Positions 1-11,560 of a DNA stretch of 64,000 bases are shown in pieces. The notes under the pieces are model-generated. The model made no database searches. It worked only from the letters and a program-made list of their open reading frames with translations, and was not told the DNA's origin. The position numbers were made by a program, and so were the translations under genes. This DNA is from the human T2T-CHM13v2.0 reference genome, Homo sapiens: NCBI RefSeq assembly GCF_009914755.1, contig NC_060928.1; one strand, 5' to 3'. Each line of letters opens with the position of its first letter. The first letter of the stretch is position 1.

Positions 1-1675
1 TTAAAGTGAAAACAAATCTCTTAGATCTTTGAGAATTAGTTGTAACACTTCATTAATTAAATGTACTGAGGGGCAGGATTCCCAAGGTCTGGGCAAAGTT
101 ACCGGTATCCAGATTCCTTCTTGAGCTCGAACCAACATTACATTTTTCCTGGAGTCAAAACGGGAGTTAACACAGTGTATAAATGACAGTTAATGCATTG
201 GACAGTTTGATTGTTCATCCAAATCTGATATTTCCCACTAACAGCATGTAAGGAGGCTTAACACAACTCTGTATAGGAATAATTAGGTTGGAGGTAAACA
301 AAGCAGAATGTCTGAATCTACATTGATACTGAGGGAGAGGAGTGGTTGTGGCCACACCTGATGTTCTCCGCTGTAAAGAAGCAATCTAAGGCGCCCCAGG
401 ATGCCAAAGAAGTAGAGGGACATACCTGGATTGAGAAGCATTATTATAATGCCAATTGCAGTCCCATAAAGGAAGATGGGCATCAAAAAGAGGAAAAGGG
501 CCGAAAGGGGATTTATCATGGGGTTCAGAATCATGGATGCGAGAGGCGGTAGTGGGGAGAACAGACAGAAAAGTTTCCGCTTCCCATACTGGAAGTCTGG
601 ACATGACAATAGCCAATTTCCAAAGTTCTGGGTGTTCTGGGCTCAGAATGTGGAATATCATAGGAGGCCTCAGGGGGATAATGCCCTTATCTTCCCATTT
701 TAAGGGAAAGAATGAGCTGAATCTCCTATGCAAAGTAGGATGATAATCCTTGTCCTCCCAATAAGAAATAAAATAAGTAGCCTCCAGGCATTCCCTTCCA
801 CCACAGGAGCAATTGTTTTTTAAATAGCCCTTTGGTGCCCAGTCTATTACCAAAGCATATGAGTCATTTTTTAATACTACTACATGTGAGTTAACACAAT
901 CTTCCCAAATTAAAGTTTTAGATGGGCCCTCAAAATTTTTAGGACGTGGTTTTCCTGCACATTTGTATTGAAAATATGGAGTATCTCCTATTACTCCCCC
1001 TTTCATTTGTCTTAAAGGAGAAAGGGAGAGGCCAGAGACCAAACGTCCCATTTCCTCTGAAGCTAATCTCTCCAGAAGATAAGCAGCCCAGACTTGAGTT
1101 TCTAGGTGGATACAACCAGGTGCATGTCTGAGGCACAGAGGGTGGTATTTATAACCCGTAGTAACATTAAATGCAGTGCCTTCTCCTGGTTGAGCGGGGC
1201 AATGGTCATCTGTAGCTCCAGGCATCCCCACACTATCATTAGTATAGATTTCCGCAGGAGCATCCATCCAGATGAGAGGTCAAATAAGTGGAGGAAAAGG
1301 CACATAAGCCCAGTAAGAATAATTTTGTGTAACAGGTAATTCAGTATGAGGGGAAACTGGTGAGACAGAAAGTATAAGGAGGAGAATCATTAATTAAAAC
1401 CTATTTTAAGCAAGATCCAGTGCTGAAGGAGGAAGCTAAGAACAGAGGGATGTTATTTTCAGGCTAATAGAAGTGATGAGATTTTTAGGTTTGTAAGGAG
1501 AAAAAGAAAGGTAATTAAGAGAAGTGGGATTAGTTAGAGGGGTCTCCATTGCCATTAGGGAGGATTGAACCAGACCTATTTTGATTTGGTGTGCCAGGTT
1601 CTGAGGAGTCGGCCCAGGTCTCACCATGTATGAGGATAGTCTCTGACGTGGATGTCTTTTCCCCGTGGTTTTCAT
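1..1675 (-). pseudogene. env: env remnant (leader, SU, SU/TM cleavage site) with stops and frameshifts
   Basis: Minus translation gives [30 protein letters not shown], the 293-aa SU ORF (386-1267), QSCVKPPYMLLVGNI and EGIWIPVTLPRPWES. The furin site RSKR|FVFTL is at 28-2. All are typical HML env motifs. The start position is uncertain. Confidence 0.88.
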
Positions 1676-3449
1676 TGTCAGTATTCACATGAAGTTTAAG
1701 TCTTCTAGTGGGCACCCAGACAGGGAATTGGTGATCTCCTGGTGAAACACAAGCATACCCTCTCCCCCATGTTATAATTGTTCCAGATACCCAGGTATTG
1801 ATCTGGGAGTTTTTCCATAACACTGGCTTGCCTTCATTTAAGGAGAATTTTTTGCCTGTATAATGGCATTCAGCTGCAGTCAGAGTATTGTCTTTAGGAA
1901 CATTTAGAAAGTTTAAAGTAAACAATGCTAAATGTAATTGGGAGTGGGGAGTAGTCAAATTATGCTTTTGTTGTTCAGAATGTTTGGACAATTGAGTTTT
2001 TAAGGTATTATTGGCCCGTTCCACCACAGCCTGTCCCAGAGGATTGTAAAGGATTCTGGTAATGTGGGAAATTCCCCATTATTGCATAGATAAATCAAAA
2101 GCCTTACTAACATATCCAGGGGTGTTGTCTGTTTTTATCTGATATGGAAGCCCCATAACTGCAAACAAGAATACAGATTTTTTTTAACATGGGCTGTGCC
2201 CTCCCCTGTTTGGCAGGTAGCCCAGATAAAACCTGAGATGGTATCTACAGAAACATGTACATATGAAAGTCTGCCAAAGGAACTAACATGAGTTACACCC
2301 ATTTGCCATAAATCATTAGGAGTTAGGCCTCTGGGATTAACGCCAGGTTCCTGATTTGGAAGTACAAAGACCTGACACTGAGGGCAGCTGTGAACAATTA
2401 GCTTAGCCTCCTTCCAGGTGAAAGCAAATTTATTTTTTAATCCAGCAGCATTGACATGAGTGAGATTATGGAACTCCTGAGCTTCCTGGGTTGCAAAAGA
2501 GACCAAACAGTCAACCTTTTGGTTACCAGCAGATATGGGTCCCAGTAAAGTGGTATGAGATCTAATATGTGCAATATAGAAAGGGTGTCTACACTGGCGA
2601 ACCACCTGTTGTAACCTTGAAAATAAAGAAGCCAATTCAGAATTATCAATATGTTTGATAGTAGTGGTTTCTATATTTTTAGTGGCATGTACAACATAAG
2701 CTGAATCAGAGACAATATTTAAAGTTTTGAGGAAATTCTGTAAGGCTGTAATTACAGCAATTAACTCTGCCTTTTGAGCAGAGGAATAAGGGGTAGAAAT
2801 AAGCTTGTCTGTAGGACCCACATAACTGGCATTTCCATCATTGAAACCATCAGTGAACACTATAACGGCCTCAGGAATGGGCTGATCTTTGGTCAATTGA
2901 GGGACCACCCAAGAAGTCATTTTTATAAAATCAAACAATTTGTTTTTTGGATAATGATTGCCAATAACACTGATAAAATCAGCCAAGTGAATTTGCCACA
3001 GTATGGAATGTTGAAAAGTGGCTTGAACTTTGAGCTGATTTAAAGGAACCACAATTAAATTCAGATCAAATCTGGAAATTTTAAGTATTCTACACTGAGC
3101 TTGTCCAATTAGGGTGGCCATTTGGTCCAGATAAACAGACAAAGTTTTTGACACAGAATGAGGAAGAAAACACCACTCCACCAAATCATTATGTTGAACT
3201 ATTAGCCTGGTAAGGGAGTGCAATGAAGCAAAAACCAGAAGCTGAAAAGCCTGAGACAGCTGTACTCTAGACAACTGAGCAGTCTGGATTCTTTCTTCCA
3301 CAAATTCCAGTTCCAGTAAAGCCTCAGGGGTCAAAGTCCTGGGACTGCGGAGATTGGAATCTCCATGCAGCATAGAAAACAAGTTAGACAGAGCATATGT
3401 TAGAATGCCTAAAGTAGGTTTTAAATAATTAATGTTACCCAAAAGTTTA
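1530..3449 (-). pseudogene. pol: pol remnant: RT thumb/connection, RNase H, integrase
   Basis: KLLGNINYLKPTLGI; RNase H FTDG, AQKAEL, VSDSAY, GNQKVD; IN HHCC (HNLTH..CPQC); WQMGVTH (catalytic D changed to G); 1-nt frameshift near 2164 before KTDN; C-terminal VERANNTLK..WGRGYACV..VWVPTR in ORF 1530-2027. Confidence 0.92.
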
Positions 3450-3904
3450 CACTCTCGGGCTGTCCAAGTCAGGGCTGTGGGAGCTACAAGTATCAGCTCT
3501 TCGTGAAAAGAAATAAGATCATCAGGGGATGATGTTAAGCAGAAGTCACCAGAGTTAGATATTGATTTCTCAACATTGTCAGGTGGGGGAGGAGTAGGTG
3601 AAGGGAGAGTCTGATCAGATAACAAAGGCCAAGCAGGAGACGAAAGCTGAGGAAGAGGTAGAGGGTTGCCAGATTTAGAAAACTGTGGTAACTGCAGGGG
3701 GTCACAGGATTGGTATGTCATTAGGATGTCACATACCGTGGGCCGATTACCCCAAACAGTGATGGGAACATAATTTCCTGTTGGGACCAGTTCCCGGAAT
3801 TTTGCACAAACATGATCCCTTACTTCCACATCTAAGATTCCTTTTTCAGGAAACCAAGGACAGTGTTCTTCCACTGCCCTGAATAGAGTGACCATATTTT
3901 CCAT
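2135..3904 (-). CDS. 589-aa open frame fusing Gag MA/Pro-rich region to Pol RT connection-RNase H-IN N-terminus (expression unknown)
   Basis: ORF track. The gag-like part (CPWFPEKG, PSPTPPPP) switches in frame to pol at ..WTAREC|KLLGNINY.. near 3449. Confidence 0.45.
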   Translation of the reverse strand: MENMVTLFRAVEEHCPWFPEKGILDVEVRDHVCAKFRELVPTGNYVPITVWGNRPTVCDILMTYQSCDPLQLPQFSKSGNPLPLPQLSSPAWPLLSDQTLPSPTPPPPDNVEKSISNSGDFCLTSSPDDLISFHEELILVAPTALTWTARECKLLGNINYLKPTLGILTYALSNLFSMLHGDSNLRSPRTLTPEALLELEFVEERIQTAQLSRVQLSQAFQLLVFASLHSLTRLIVQHNDLVEWCFLPHSVSKTLSVYLDQMATLIGQAQCRILKISRFDLNLIVVPLNQLKVQATFQHSILWQIHLADFISVIGNHYPKNKLFDFIKMTSWVVPQLTKDQPIPEAVIVFTDGFNDGNASYVGPTDKLISTPYSSAQKAELIAVITALQNFLKTLNIVSDSAYVVHATKNIETTTIKHIDNSELASLFSRLQQVVRQCRHPFYIAHIRSHTTLLGPISAGNQKVDCLVSFATQEAQEFHNLTHVNAAGLKNKFAFTWKEAKLIVHSCPQCQVFVLPNQEPGVNPRGLTPNDLWQMGVTHVSSFGRLSYVHVSVDTISGFIWATCQTGEGTAHVKKNLYSCLQLWGFHIR

Positions 3905-3985
3905 GGAGACTCAAACTCCCTCCTGTTTTAACAGGAGCTTAATATAGCAGAGATAAGCATAATGTTTAGACTCCGCGTGACCCAT
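3450..3985 (-). pseudogene. gag: gag N-terminal remnant (matrix and Pro-rich spacer)
   Basis: ATG at 3985 in ACCATGG context gives MGHAESKHYAYLCYIKLLLKQEGV*VSMENMV..CPWFPEKG. In-frame TGA at 3913-3911. CA and NC are absent. Confidence 0.88.
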
Positions 3986-3999
3986 GGTTGACCTGGACA

Positions 4000-4008
4000 A
4001 CTCACCAA
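4000..4008 (-). promoter_or_regulatory. putative major splice donor of the provirus
   Basis: TTG|GTGAGT on the minus strand, in the leader 20 nt upstream of the gag ATG. Confidence 0.6.
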
Positions 4009-4111
4009 TCGTCAGGGAACCAAACAAGCGTTTCTGTGGACCGGACCAATGAACGTTTCTCTGCAACTACCAAAGGGAATCAGGTTCTCACATGTACTTA
4101 AGAAAAAGAAA

Positions 4112-4129
4112 GACCATGTTGGTGCTCCA
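4112..4129 (-). other. degenerate tRNA-Lys primer binding site
   Basis: TGGAGCACCAACATGGTC, 2 nt after the LTR end; resembles the Lys PBS TGGCGCCCAACGTGGGGC. Confidence 0.7.
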
Positions 4130-4131
4130 GA

Positions 4132-5191
4132 TATCAGGGGAACCAGCCCCCAATATTTCAACGTAGGTTCTTTCTGTTTTCCCTAAGTGTCGGCCAGCTG
4201 AGAAATAAAGAGAAAGAATACAAAGAGGGGAATTTTACAGCTGGGCCTCCAGGGGTGACATCACAAATCAGTAGGAACATGAAGCCAACCAGAGCTGCAA
4301 AACCAGCAAGTTTTGATTAAGGATTTCAAAAGGGGAGGGGGTGTACGAACAGGGAGTAGGTCACAAAGATCACATGCTTCAAAGGGCAAAAGGGAGAACA
4401 AAGATCACATGCTTCTGAGGAAAGAGGGCAAGGACAAAAGCAAAGATCACAAGGCAAAGGGCAAAATTAGAATTACTGATGAGCATCTATGTTCAGCTGT
4501 GCACGTATTGTCTTGATAAACATCTTAAACAACAGAAAGCAGGGCTCGAGGGCAGAGAACTGGTAAGACCTCAAATTTACCAGGGTGGGATTTCTTCCCC
4601 ACCCTAATAAGCCTGAGGGTACTGCAGGAGGCCAGGGTGTATTTCAGTCCTTATCTCAACTGCATAAGACAGACACTCCCAGAGTGGCCATTTATAGACC
4701 TCCCCCCAGGAATGCATTCCTTTCCCAGGGTCTTAGTTATTAATATTCATTGCTAGGAAAAGAATTCAGCAATATCTTCCCTACTTGCATGTCTGTTTGT
4801 AGGCTCTCTGCAAGAAGAACAATATGGCTGTATTCTGCCCGACCCCACAGGCAGTCAGACCTTATGGTTGTCTTCCCTTGTTCCCTGAAAATCATTGTTT
4901 TTCTGTTCTTTTTCAAGGTGCACTGATTTCACATTGTTCAAACACACATGCTTTACAATAGATTTGTACAGTTAGATACAATTACCACAGTGATCCTGAA
5001 GTGACGTACATCCTCAGTTTACAAAGATAATAGGATTAAGAGATTAAAGTAAGACAGGCATAAGAAATTATAAAAGTATTAATTTTGGGAACTGATATAT
5101 GTCCATATTAAAATGAAATCCTCACAATTTATGTTCCTCTGCCGTGGCTCCAGCTGGTCCCTCCATTTGGGGTCCCTGACTTCCCGCAACA
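4132..5191 (-). mobile_element. MER11 (MER11A/B-like) 5' LTR
   Basis: Minus strand starts TGTTGCGGGAAGTCAGGGACCCC and ends GGTTCCCCTGATA; about 1.06 kb. Confidence 0.9.
4691..4696 (-). promoter_or_regulatory. LTR TATA box
   Basis: GGTCTATAAATGGCC on the minus strand within the LTR. Confidence 0.55.
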
Positions 5192-5234
5192 CAACAGAAC
5201 AAGAACTTGTCTAAAAAAAAAAAAAAAGAAAAAA
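5192..5234 (+). mobile_element. Alu 3' terminal remnant plus poly(A), abutting the LTR
   Basis: CAACAGAACAAGAACTTGTCT-A15 resembles the Alu end CAACAGAGCAAGACTCTGTCTC-An. Confidence 0.65.
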
Positions 5235-5517
5235 GATTAAACCAGGGGGATGATAAAGCAACCATAATTTTACTAGCACATTTATACTACTAGATAGATA
5301 CATGTATACACATTATTTTAAGTCAGTTTAATTAGATTTTAGTGGCTGATTTATTATTACAAGATAATAGCTACTACAATAATTGGCATTTATTAATTCC
5401 TGAATTTGTCTGACCTGTTCAAACTAGCAAATTCATCTGCTTAGATATTTTCATAAATTTACTTCATGTTGCTTATAGTGAGGTAGATATTTGAAGAACT
5501 GGCTTTTCAGCCTTGTC

Positions 5518-5850
<333 letters not shown>

Positions 5851-6164
5851 TTAAGCACAGAGTGCCTTTTAAACATTAATATATTAACTTTACATTTACA
5901 GGTATATTACTATATACCTTTTTTATACAAAGCCATAAGATGCCAAGCATAATAATGCAGATAAGCTGCCCATAAAAACTAGTAGCATATAGAATTCAAA
6001 TTGAAAGGTGACATTTCTAGAAAAGATATCTTTTTATTTCTCTGAAAAATTATAATTTAGTAATTCTATACTAGTGGAATGCCATATTGGTATATTTTCT
6101 TAACAGAGTGGTTTCCTATCATTACAAGAAAACACCCATATTAAATCACCTTTTTGTTGGTATA

Positions 6165-6400
6165 ATGATAGCTTTGAACAGTGCTTTACAATTTCAAAGA
6201 GTATCTTCATACATTACTCCTTCTATTTTTCAAAATAACTCTGTAAGAATGTAGATAACTTGTATTATTTAAAAAAAAAAACAAAGGGGAAATTGTCGTT
6301 TAAAGATTTATAATGTCACTATAGCAACTTAGTAACAGACTTGATCTTGAAACCATGTCATATAACTCTCAGCCCAATGTTATCATCACTAAACTACATA
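6165..6400 (-). mobile_element. MIR (old SINE), diverged
   Basis: Similarity to the reverse complement of MIR (AGTGCTTTACA..CTTGAAACCATGTC..AACTC). Confidence 0.55.
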
Positions 6401-6949
6401 GAAGACAAATGTGAAAAATGAAAAATCAAGTCATCAAGTATCATAACAAATTAGACTGTATTTAGATGACACCAATCATTTGGCTAAAAGAGGGCTTATT
6501 TGACTACAAATAAAACATTTACAAACATCTGATATTTCAAATCCTACAGCTCCAACTTCGGCTAGTTTTTAGAAAAGAAAGTTACAGAACAATAAAGACA
6601 ATTCACCTAATTAGATCCCAAATACCATTTACCTGAATTTAGTTAGTAGTGAGTCATATGTGACACATAATTATCTTTGTTTCAAAAGACTACACTTTCA
6701 AAATAGAATTCACTAATGATGTAGTCTATACTCTGGAAAAATCCATATTTTTCTTAATGATTCTTAGAGCTGTTCACTGTTTGAACTGATTTTGCAGTTC
6801 AAAAGGATGCAAATAATCAATAGAAAGGTTTCTATGAAAATGTGACAAGTTTCAGGCACAATGAATATTCAGATGCAGCCAAATGATCCTGCTCCTTCTC
6901 TCTCCTTCACTGGAAAAGAAATCCCGGGTCATGCCTGCCTACTATACCA

Positions 6950-7395
6950 GTTTTCAGAGAAAAGCATCTTACCCATTCTCACTCATCTGTTGCTGCTCTT
7001 GGAAGTTTCTTAGGAGGCTCCATGTAAAGAATAGGTGCTGGGCATTTCTTCTGACCCGAACTGTCTTCCCTGATATATCACCATAACATGTTTTCCTGCC
7101 TCTTTTAGTTCCCTGATCAAACATCACCTTCCTTAAGAATATATCCTAGATCACTTTATGTAAAAAAGCAGCTTTAGTTCCTCATGACACTCTTATGTTA
7201 ACTTTATTATCTCCATTAAGCATTTATCCTTAAAGTCAAAATAAAATTATTTATTTGTTAGTTTCATTCCTATCTTTCCCCCTATAATGTAAGTGTAATT
7301 AGGAAGGGGCTGGGCTGCTTTTACTTCACTACTGTATCAGCAATACCTGGAAGAGTAGCTTGCAGGTGGGAACTGATATTTAATAATTAGTTTAT
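6950..7395 (+). mobile_element. L2 3' end fragment
   Basis: CATCACCTTCC..TATAATGTAAG..TTCACTACTGTATC..ACCTGGAAGAGTAGCTTGCA follows the L2a 3' pattern. Confidence 0.6.
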
Positions 7396-8486
7396 ATCAC
7401 TCTCATTTTGCTCATGGAGATTCAATATTCTACTATTGCTACCATAAGATTGGAATTCATATACTATAGTACCAATGACTGGATATTTCCAAGTTCAGAC
7501 TTGGCCAAATAAATGCTCTCCATCACACGTGTATTGAGCTATTATACAGACACCTTCAGCAACTAAGTTGGTATAGTAAATGCTGATATATCTATTAAAA
7601 TTTTGGATTAAATTATTTTAATATCTTCATTTACCAATTTATTGATTAAGATTTAGTAGATGTATTTTATTTTTTGTGGTTCATTAACAATAATGAGAAA
7701 CAGAAGAGTATTTTTATTAGTGCCTACTATAGAATTTGCTAGAGAATATCTTTTATTTCAAAAGCTTCCAATCAAAACTGAATCTGGGAAAATATTATTT
7801 GATACTATATTTGTATATTAAAAAGCAATGAAAGAGATGTATTATTAGAATCAGCATTTTCATGAAAGTATTTAAAGATCTTAACTAAATATGTAGCTCA
7901 TTCAAACTTGGAAAAGGCTATGTATTTAGCTGAGAACCCAAATAACTACATTATTAGAGTATGTTGTTGATGCTCAAACACATTGTTAAGTGTGGAAAGA
8001 GCTATTATTTGCATTTTTTCATTGATACATATTTTTCTATGAACATCTTTTATTAATAAATAAAAATAAAGCACTTCTTTTATTTACAAACTTCAAACTT
8101 TACTTATATTACTAAATTAACTTCAGCTAATGTAATATTTAAATAGGCTTTTGCCAGCTGAGAGCTCATTAGCATGGTACTTTGCTGAAAACAAAAGTCA
8201 TTTATATTGCAATCAAAACCAGATGTTGCAGACATATTTTTGAATTGAAATGTGGTGTGATTATGCTCAAATAATGTTTCATTAAGCCAAAATCAGATTC
8301 AAAACTTCACTCATAAACAGAATTATTTTACTAATAATGTTAATGAGTTTTTACCTAATAAGCCAAATTGTTGACTGCATAATATGTGTGCAGTTTTATA
8401 GGAAAATACACTCACTTGAGTGAAAATGCTCATAAGTTAGGGCTGATATAGAATCAAAATGCAGTAAGCTGAGACTGACAAATATG

Positions 8487-8510
8487 AGGTCATAGGTCAT
8501 TCTGAGGTCA
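8487..8510 (+). promoter_or_regulatory. candidate composite nuclear-receptor element (DR1 + DR5)
   Basis: AGGTCA-T-AGGTCA-TTCTG-AGGTCA: three perfect half-sites. Motif evidence only. Confidence 0.5.
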
Positions 8511-8659
8511 TTGATCAGTTTTCAAGTCTCTTAACCTACTTGAATATTTGATGGTTTTCTTTTTACTTTTGCGGAGGCAAATACCATTGTTTTTTGTTCA
8601 TCACAAGTTGATTCAAATAAAATGGTGCTATGTTAGACCTGTGCCTGACTATATAACAT

Positions 8660-8830
8660 TACAATAATTACAGTGTTTATAGCAAGTCTGGTAAATTTCC
8701 AAAAACATATATTAACTCAAGCCACTTTTATAATAACCTTCTGCAAAGTTAAATAATTTGCCCAAGGTCACATTACTTGGAAATAACAAGGCTAGAATAT
8801 TAACTCAGTCCATCTGGCTCAGAGAATCTC
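8660..8830 (-). mobile_element. MIR fragment
   Basis: AATTTGCCCAAGGTCACA..GGCTAGAATATTAACTCAG is the reverse-complement MIR core. Confidence 0.6.
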
Positions 8831-9349
8831 TCCTTAGTTTAACTATTGTTCAAGACTCTCCAGGAGGTTGTTGGAGTCACTACTTAAGTTTTAAAGACAC
8901 AGAAAGAATAAAGTTGTTGTAACCCACATCCTTCCTTTCACACTAACTGATTCTTTCTTGTTAAAGAATATTTCATATGGAAGTCAATTTTGATATCTTG
9001 AGCAAAACAATGTGGTCTCTCAGACATTAGCATATGTGTCAGAGGATTTCCTATCTATGGGAAAGTAGTAGGTGCATCTCTTTAAACAGTATTGTGAATA
9101 TTCTGAAGTACTCCAGTTATACTTTATTTACTAGTTAATTATTGAATTAAACCACTTCAAATATCCTTCCCCTAGAGGAAAATTAGAAATGAAAATTACT
9201 GTTCTACTTTTATGTCTCATAGCATTTTGTCATAAATATTCTCAAAATGAGACCCAAATCACTGTTGAAACTTTCCCCATGTCTACCAATTTATAATAAA
9301 TATGTCTATTCAACTCTGGAGTGTATTTAAGTGTTTTGCAATTGTTATT

Positions 9350-9680
9350 CATTTGTTTTCTAGATGGGATTGTATTGATTTACATCTCCACCAACAAAAT
9401 GCCTCTCTCATTACACATTGCCAGCACAAGTATTATTCTTTAAAATATTGACAATTTTATAGTTGAAGTAGTATTTCTCTATTTTAGTTAGTATTCTTTC
9501 AATGAATAGACATAATGGGCACTTGCTACATATTTGGAGACATTTATATATCTTATATTACATTTTGTTCTCTTTCTTTATTTTTATTAATATGTCAGTG
9601 ATTTACTCATTTGTTTATAAATAGCTTTGTGTAGAATGGGCTCCAAGACTTGTTCATTATGTAAGTTATTAACAGGTAGT
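9350..9680 (-). mobile_element. old L1M fragment
   Basis: TTTACATCTCCACCAACA..TTGCCAGCAC pattern of an antisense L1 ORF2 end. Confidence 0.45.
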
Positions 9681-9774
9681 CCAATTAGATCCTGCTCAAA
9701 TCTCCGTCTCCCATACAAATCAGCATAACTGTTTTATGTATACAAAATTAAATTATTTCCTAATATGCATAAAA

Positions 9775-9920
9775 GCTTCAATCTTCAAGCTGATTTTACA
9801 TCAGCATTACTTACAGAGCTTAAGATATGAAATATCTATTTAATATTGGCGTTCTATTACCATATTTTTTAAAAATCCCACAGATGATTCTAATGTACAG
9901 TGAAGGTAGAGAACCACTAT
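9775..9920. mobile_element. MER5A-like hAT-Charlie DNA transposon relic
   Basis: CAGATGATTCTAATGTACAG..AGAACCACT terminal motif. Confidence 0.6.
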
Positions 9921-11560
9921 GGATCCAGAAGTCTAACATATGATTCAGTTCTACTAGAGTAAGTCTCACTTTCCTACTTCCAGAGAGGTGAAGGTTGGAA
10001 AAATATAGAATTGCATGATCCTCACTGTGTATTATTAACAGAGTCCTTCATGTCTCTGTACTCTTTTACCTGTGCTTGATTTTTGTCAATTCTGTTTCTA
10101 GAATACATTGTACTACCATCAAGCCCACCACGCCTCCAATGCATTTTTTCTTTTTCTGAAAGTTGCAGTCAAAAAGAGATTTTAATAAAATAGTTAAAAA
10201 ACTTCGTGTAGATGAAGCAAACATAATTTTAGCTTAATTTACAATAGCAAAAGCAGCCACCTACTGTAAATGTTCAGAAACATACAGTTCTTTTATGTAT
10301 GTGTGCTTTGCTGTTTCTGAATGAAACTCATGATAAGGGGAGAAGGTCAAGGAATTTCTGACTACTCAAAGCCTTTTGCATTTTTTGTTTCAGCTTTGTT
10401 GCATCAGTGGAACATCATCTCAATCTGCTAATACATGTATGTTCCCAATCATTTCACTGGATATATACTTTGGTAACATCAATCAGCTTATGTAAAATAT
10501 TTTCTTTTCTACTTTGAAATACAAAATTTAACTTATTTTTCTCATAAATGTTTTATATACCAACAGTGTGTAGTGAAAAAAAAAGTACATTGTCCATATG
10601 CTCTGTTTGCAACTGGCTAAAGTCAGGACTGTCTAATACATGGACAGGGGTAGACAAAATTAGGAAACAGTAAGTTTTATTTATTTTTCTAGTATGTAGA
10701 TGACATAAAATTTAAAAGATATTAAATTTAAGAAAATGTTTTTATTTTTTTCTTCTACAGATGAATGGTTGAATATATTTAAAGTCTTTAAATCAGAAGC
10801 CTCAAATGCAATTTGGTGAATTCTAATTAAATTGAAATATAATGACCATACTATAAATATAAGATCTATGACAGATATTAAGTCAAATGATTTAAGCCAA
10901 AACCAAACAGTAGGAAATGAGAGATATATACTGAGTAAATTATAGAACACTTTATTCAAATTGATGGTTCCAGCAAGATAAAATAAACATGTGTCCATAA
11001 TGTGTTAATGATTCATTTACTATGTTAATTACTCAGTTTGCAATTAAGCTTCTGGTTGTACTCATTATTCTAATAGAAAGAAAATATTTTTGTAGAAGTA
11101 TTATGCTTGAATCAGTAAGTTTACATTGTATTAATTTTGAACACAAAATGAACAAAGAAAGAATTTTGGTTGACTAGGATTATTTTGAGTTTGTCTTTCT
11201 GTTCTGATGTTCTTATTCTTTATGCTTAGTGACACACAATTATCAATTAACTCAGTCAAAAACCAAACTAATAACATTGCTTCTTTTTCTGGCAATCTTT
11301 AAGGGAATTCAATAAGAACATTCCAAGCCAATAAAAAGAAGCAAATTAAAGCATTCAGTATCACTTGGGATCCTCTCTTACAATGCCTTTTCATTTAATG
11401 TGTTTCTAACAGCTAAAGTCTCTGTTGATTTTTTCAGATAAAGTGGCTTTTAGTAATTAAAACCAAGGTCAAGCCAAATCTAATGACAAAGAATGCTGTT
11501 AACATAAAAAATTAATCCTAAACCACAGGCATGACTGAAATGCTACACATACATGCGTAG

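Larger units (their letters stand above)
1..5191 (-). mobile_element. HERV-K(HML-8)/HERVK11 provirus with an internal deletion; its 3' part lies beyond the left window edge
   Basis: Minus strand reads MER11-type LTR, Lys-type PBS, betaretroviral gag MA, pol (RT connection, RNase H, IN) and HML-type env in canonical order. Confidence 0.9.

Noticed and set aside
283-1339. Alternative-frame and antisense ORFs over env; possible rec-like accessory gene
   Set aside because: I could not identify a Rec-like second exon or supporting motifs; these are shadow frames of env.
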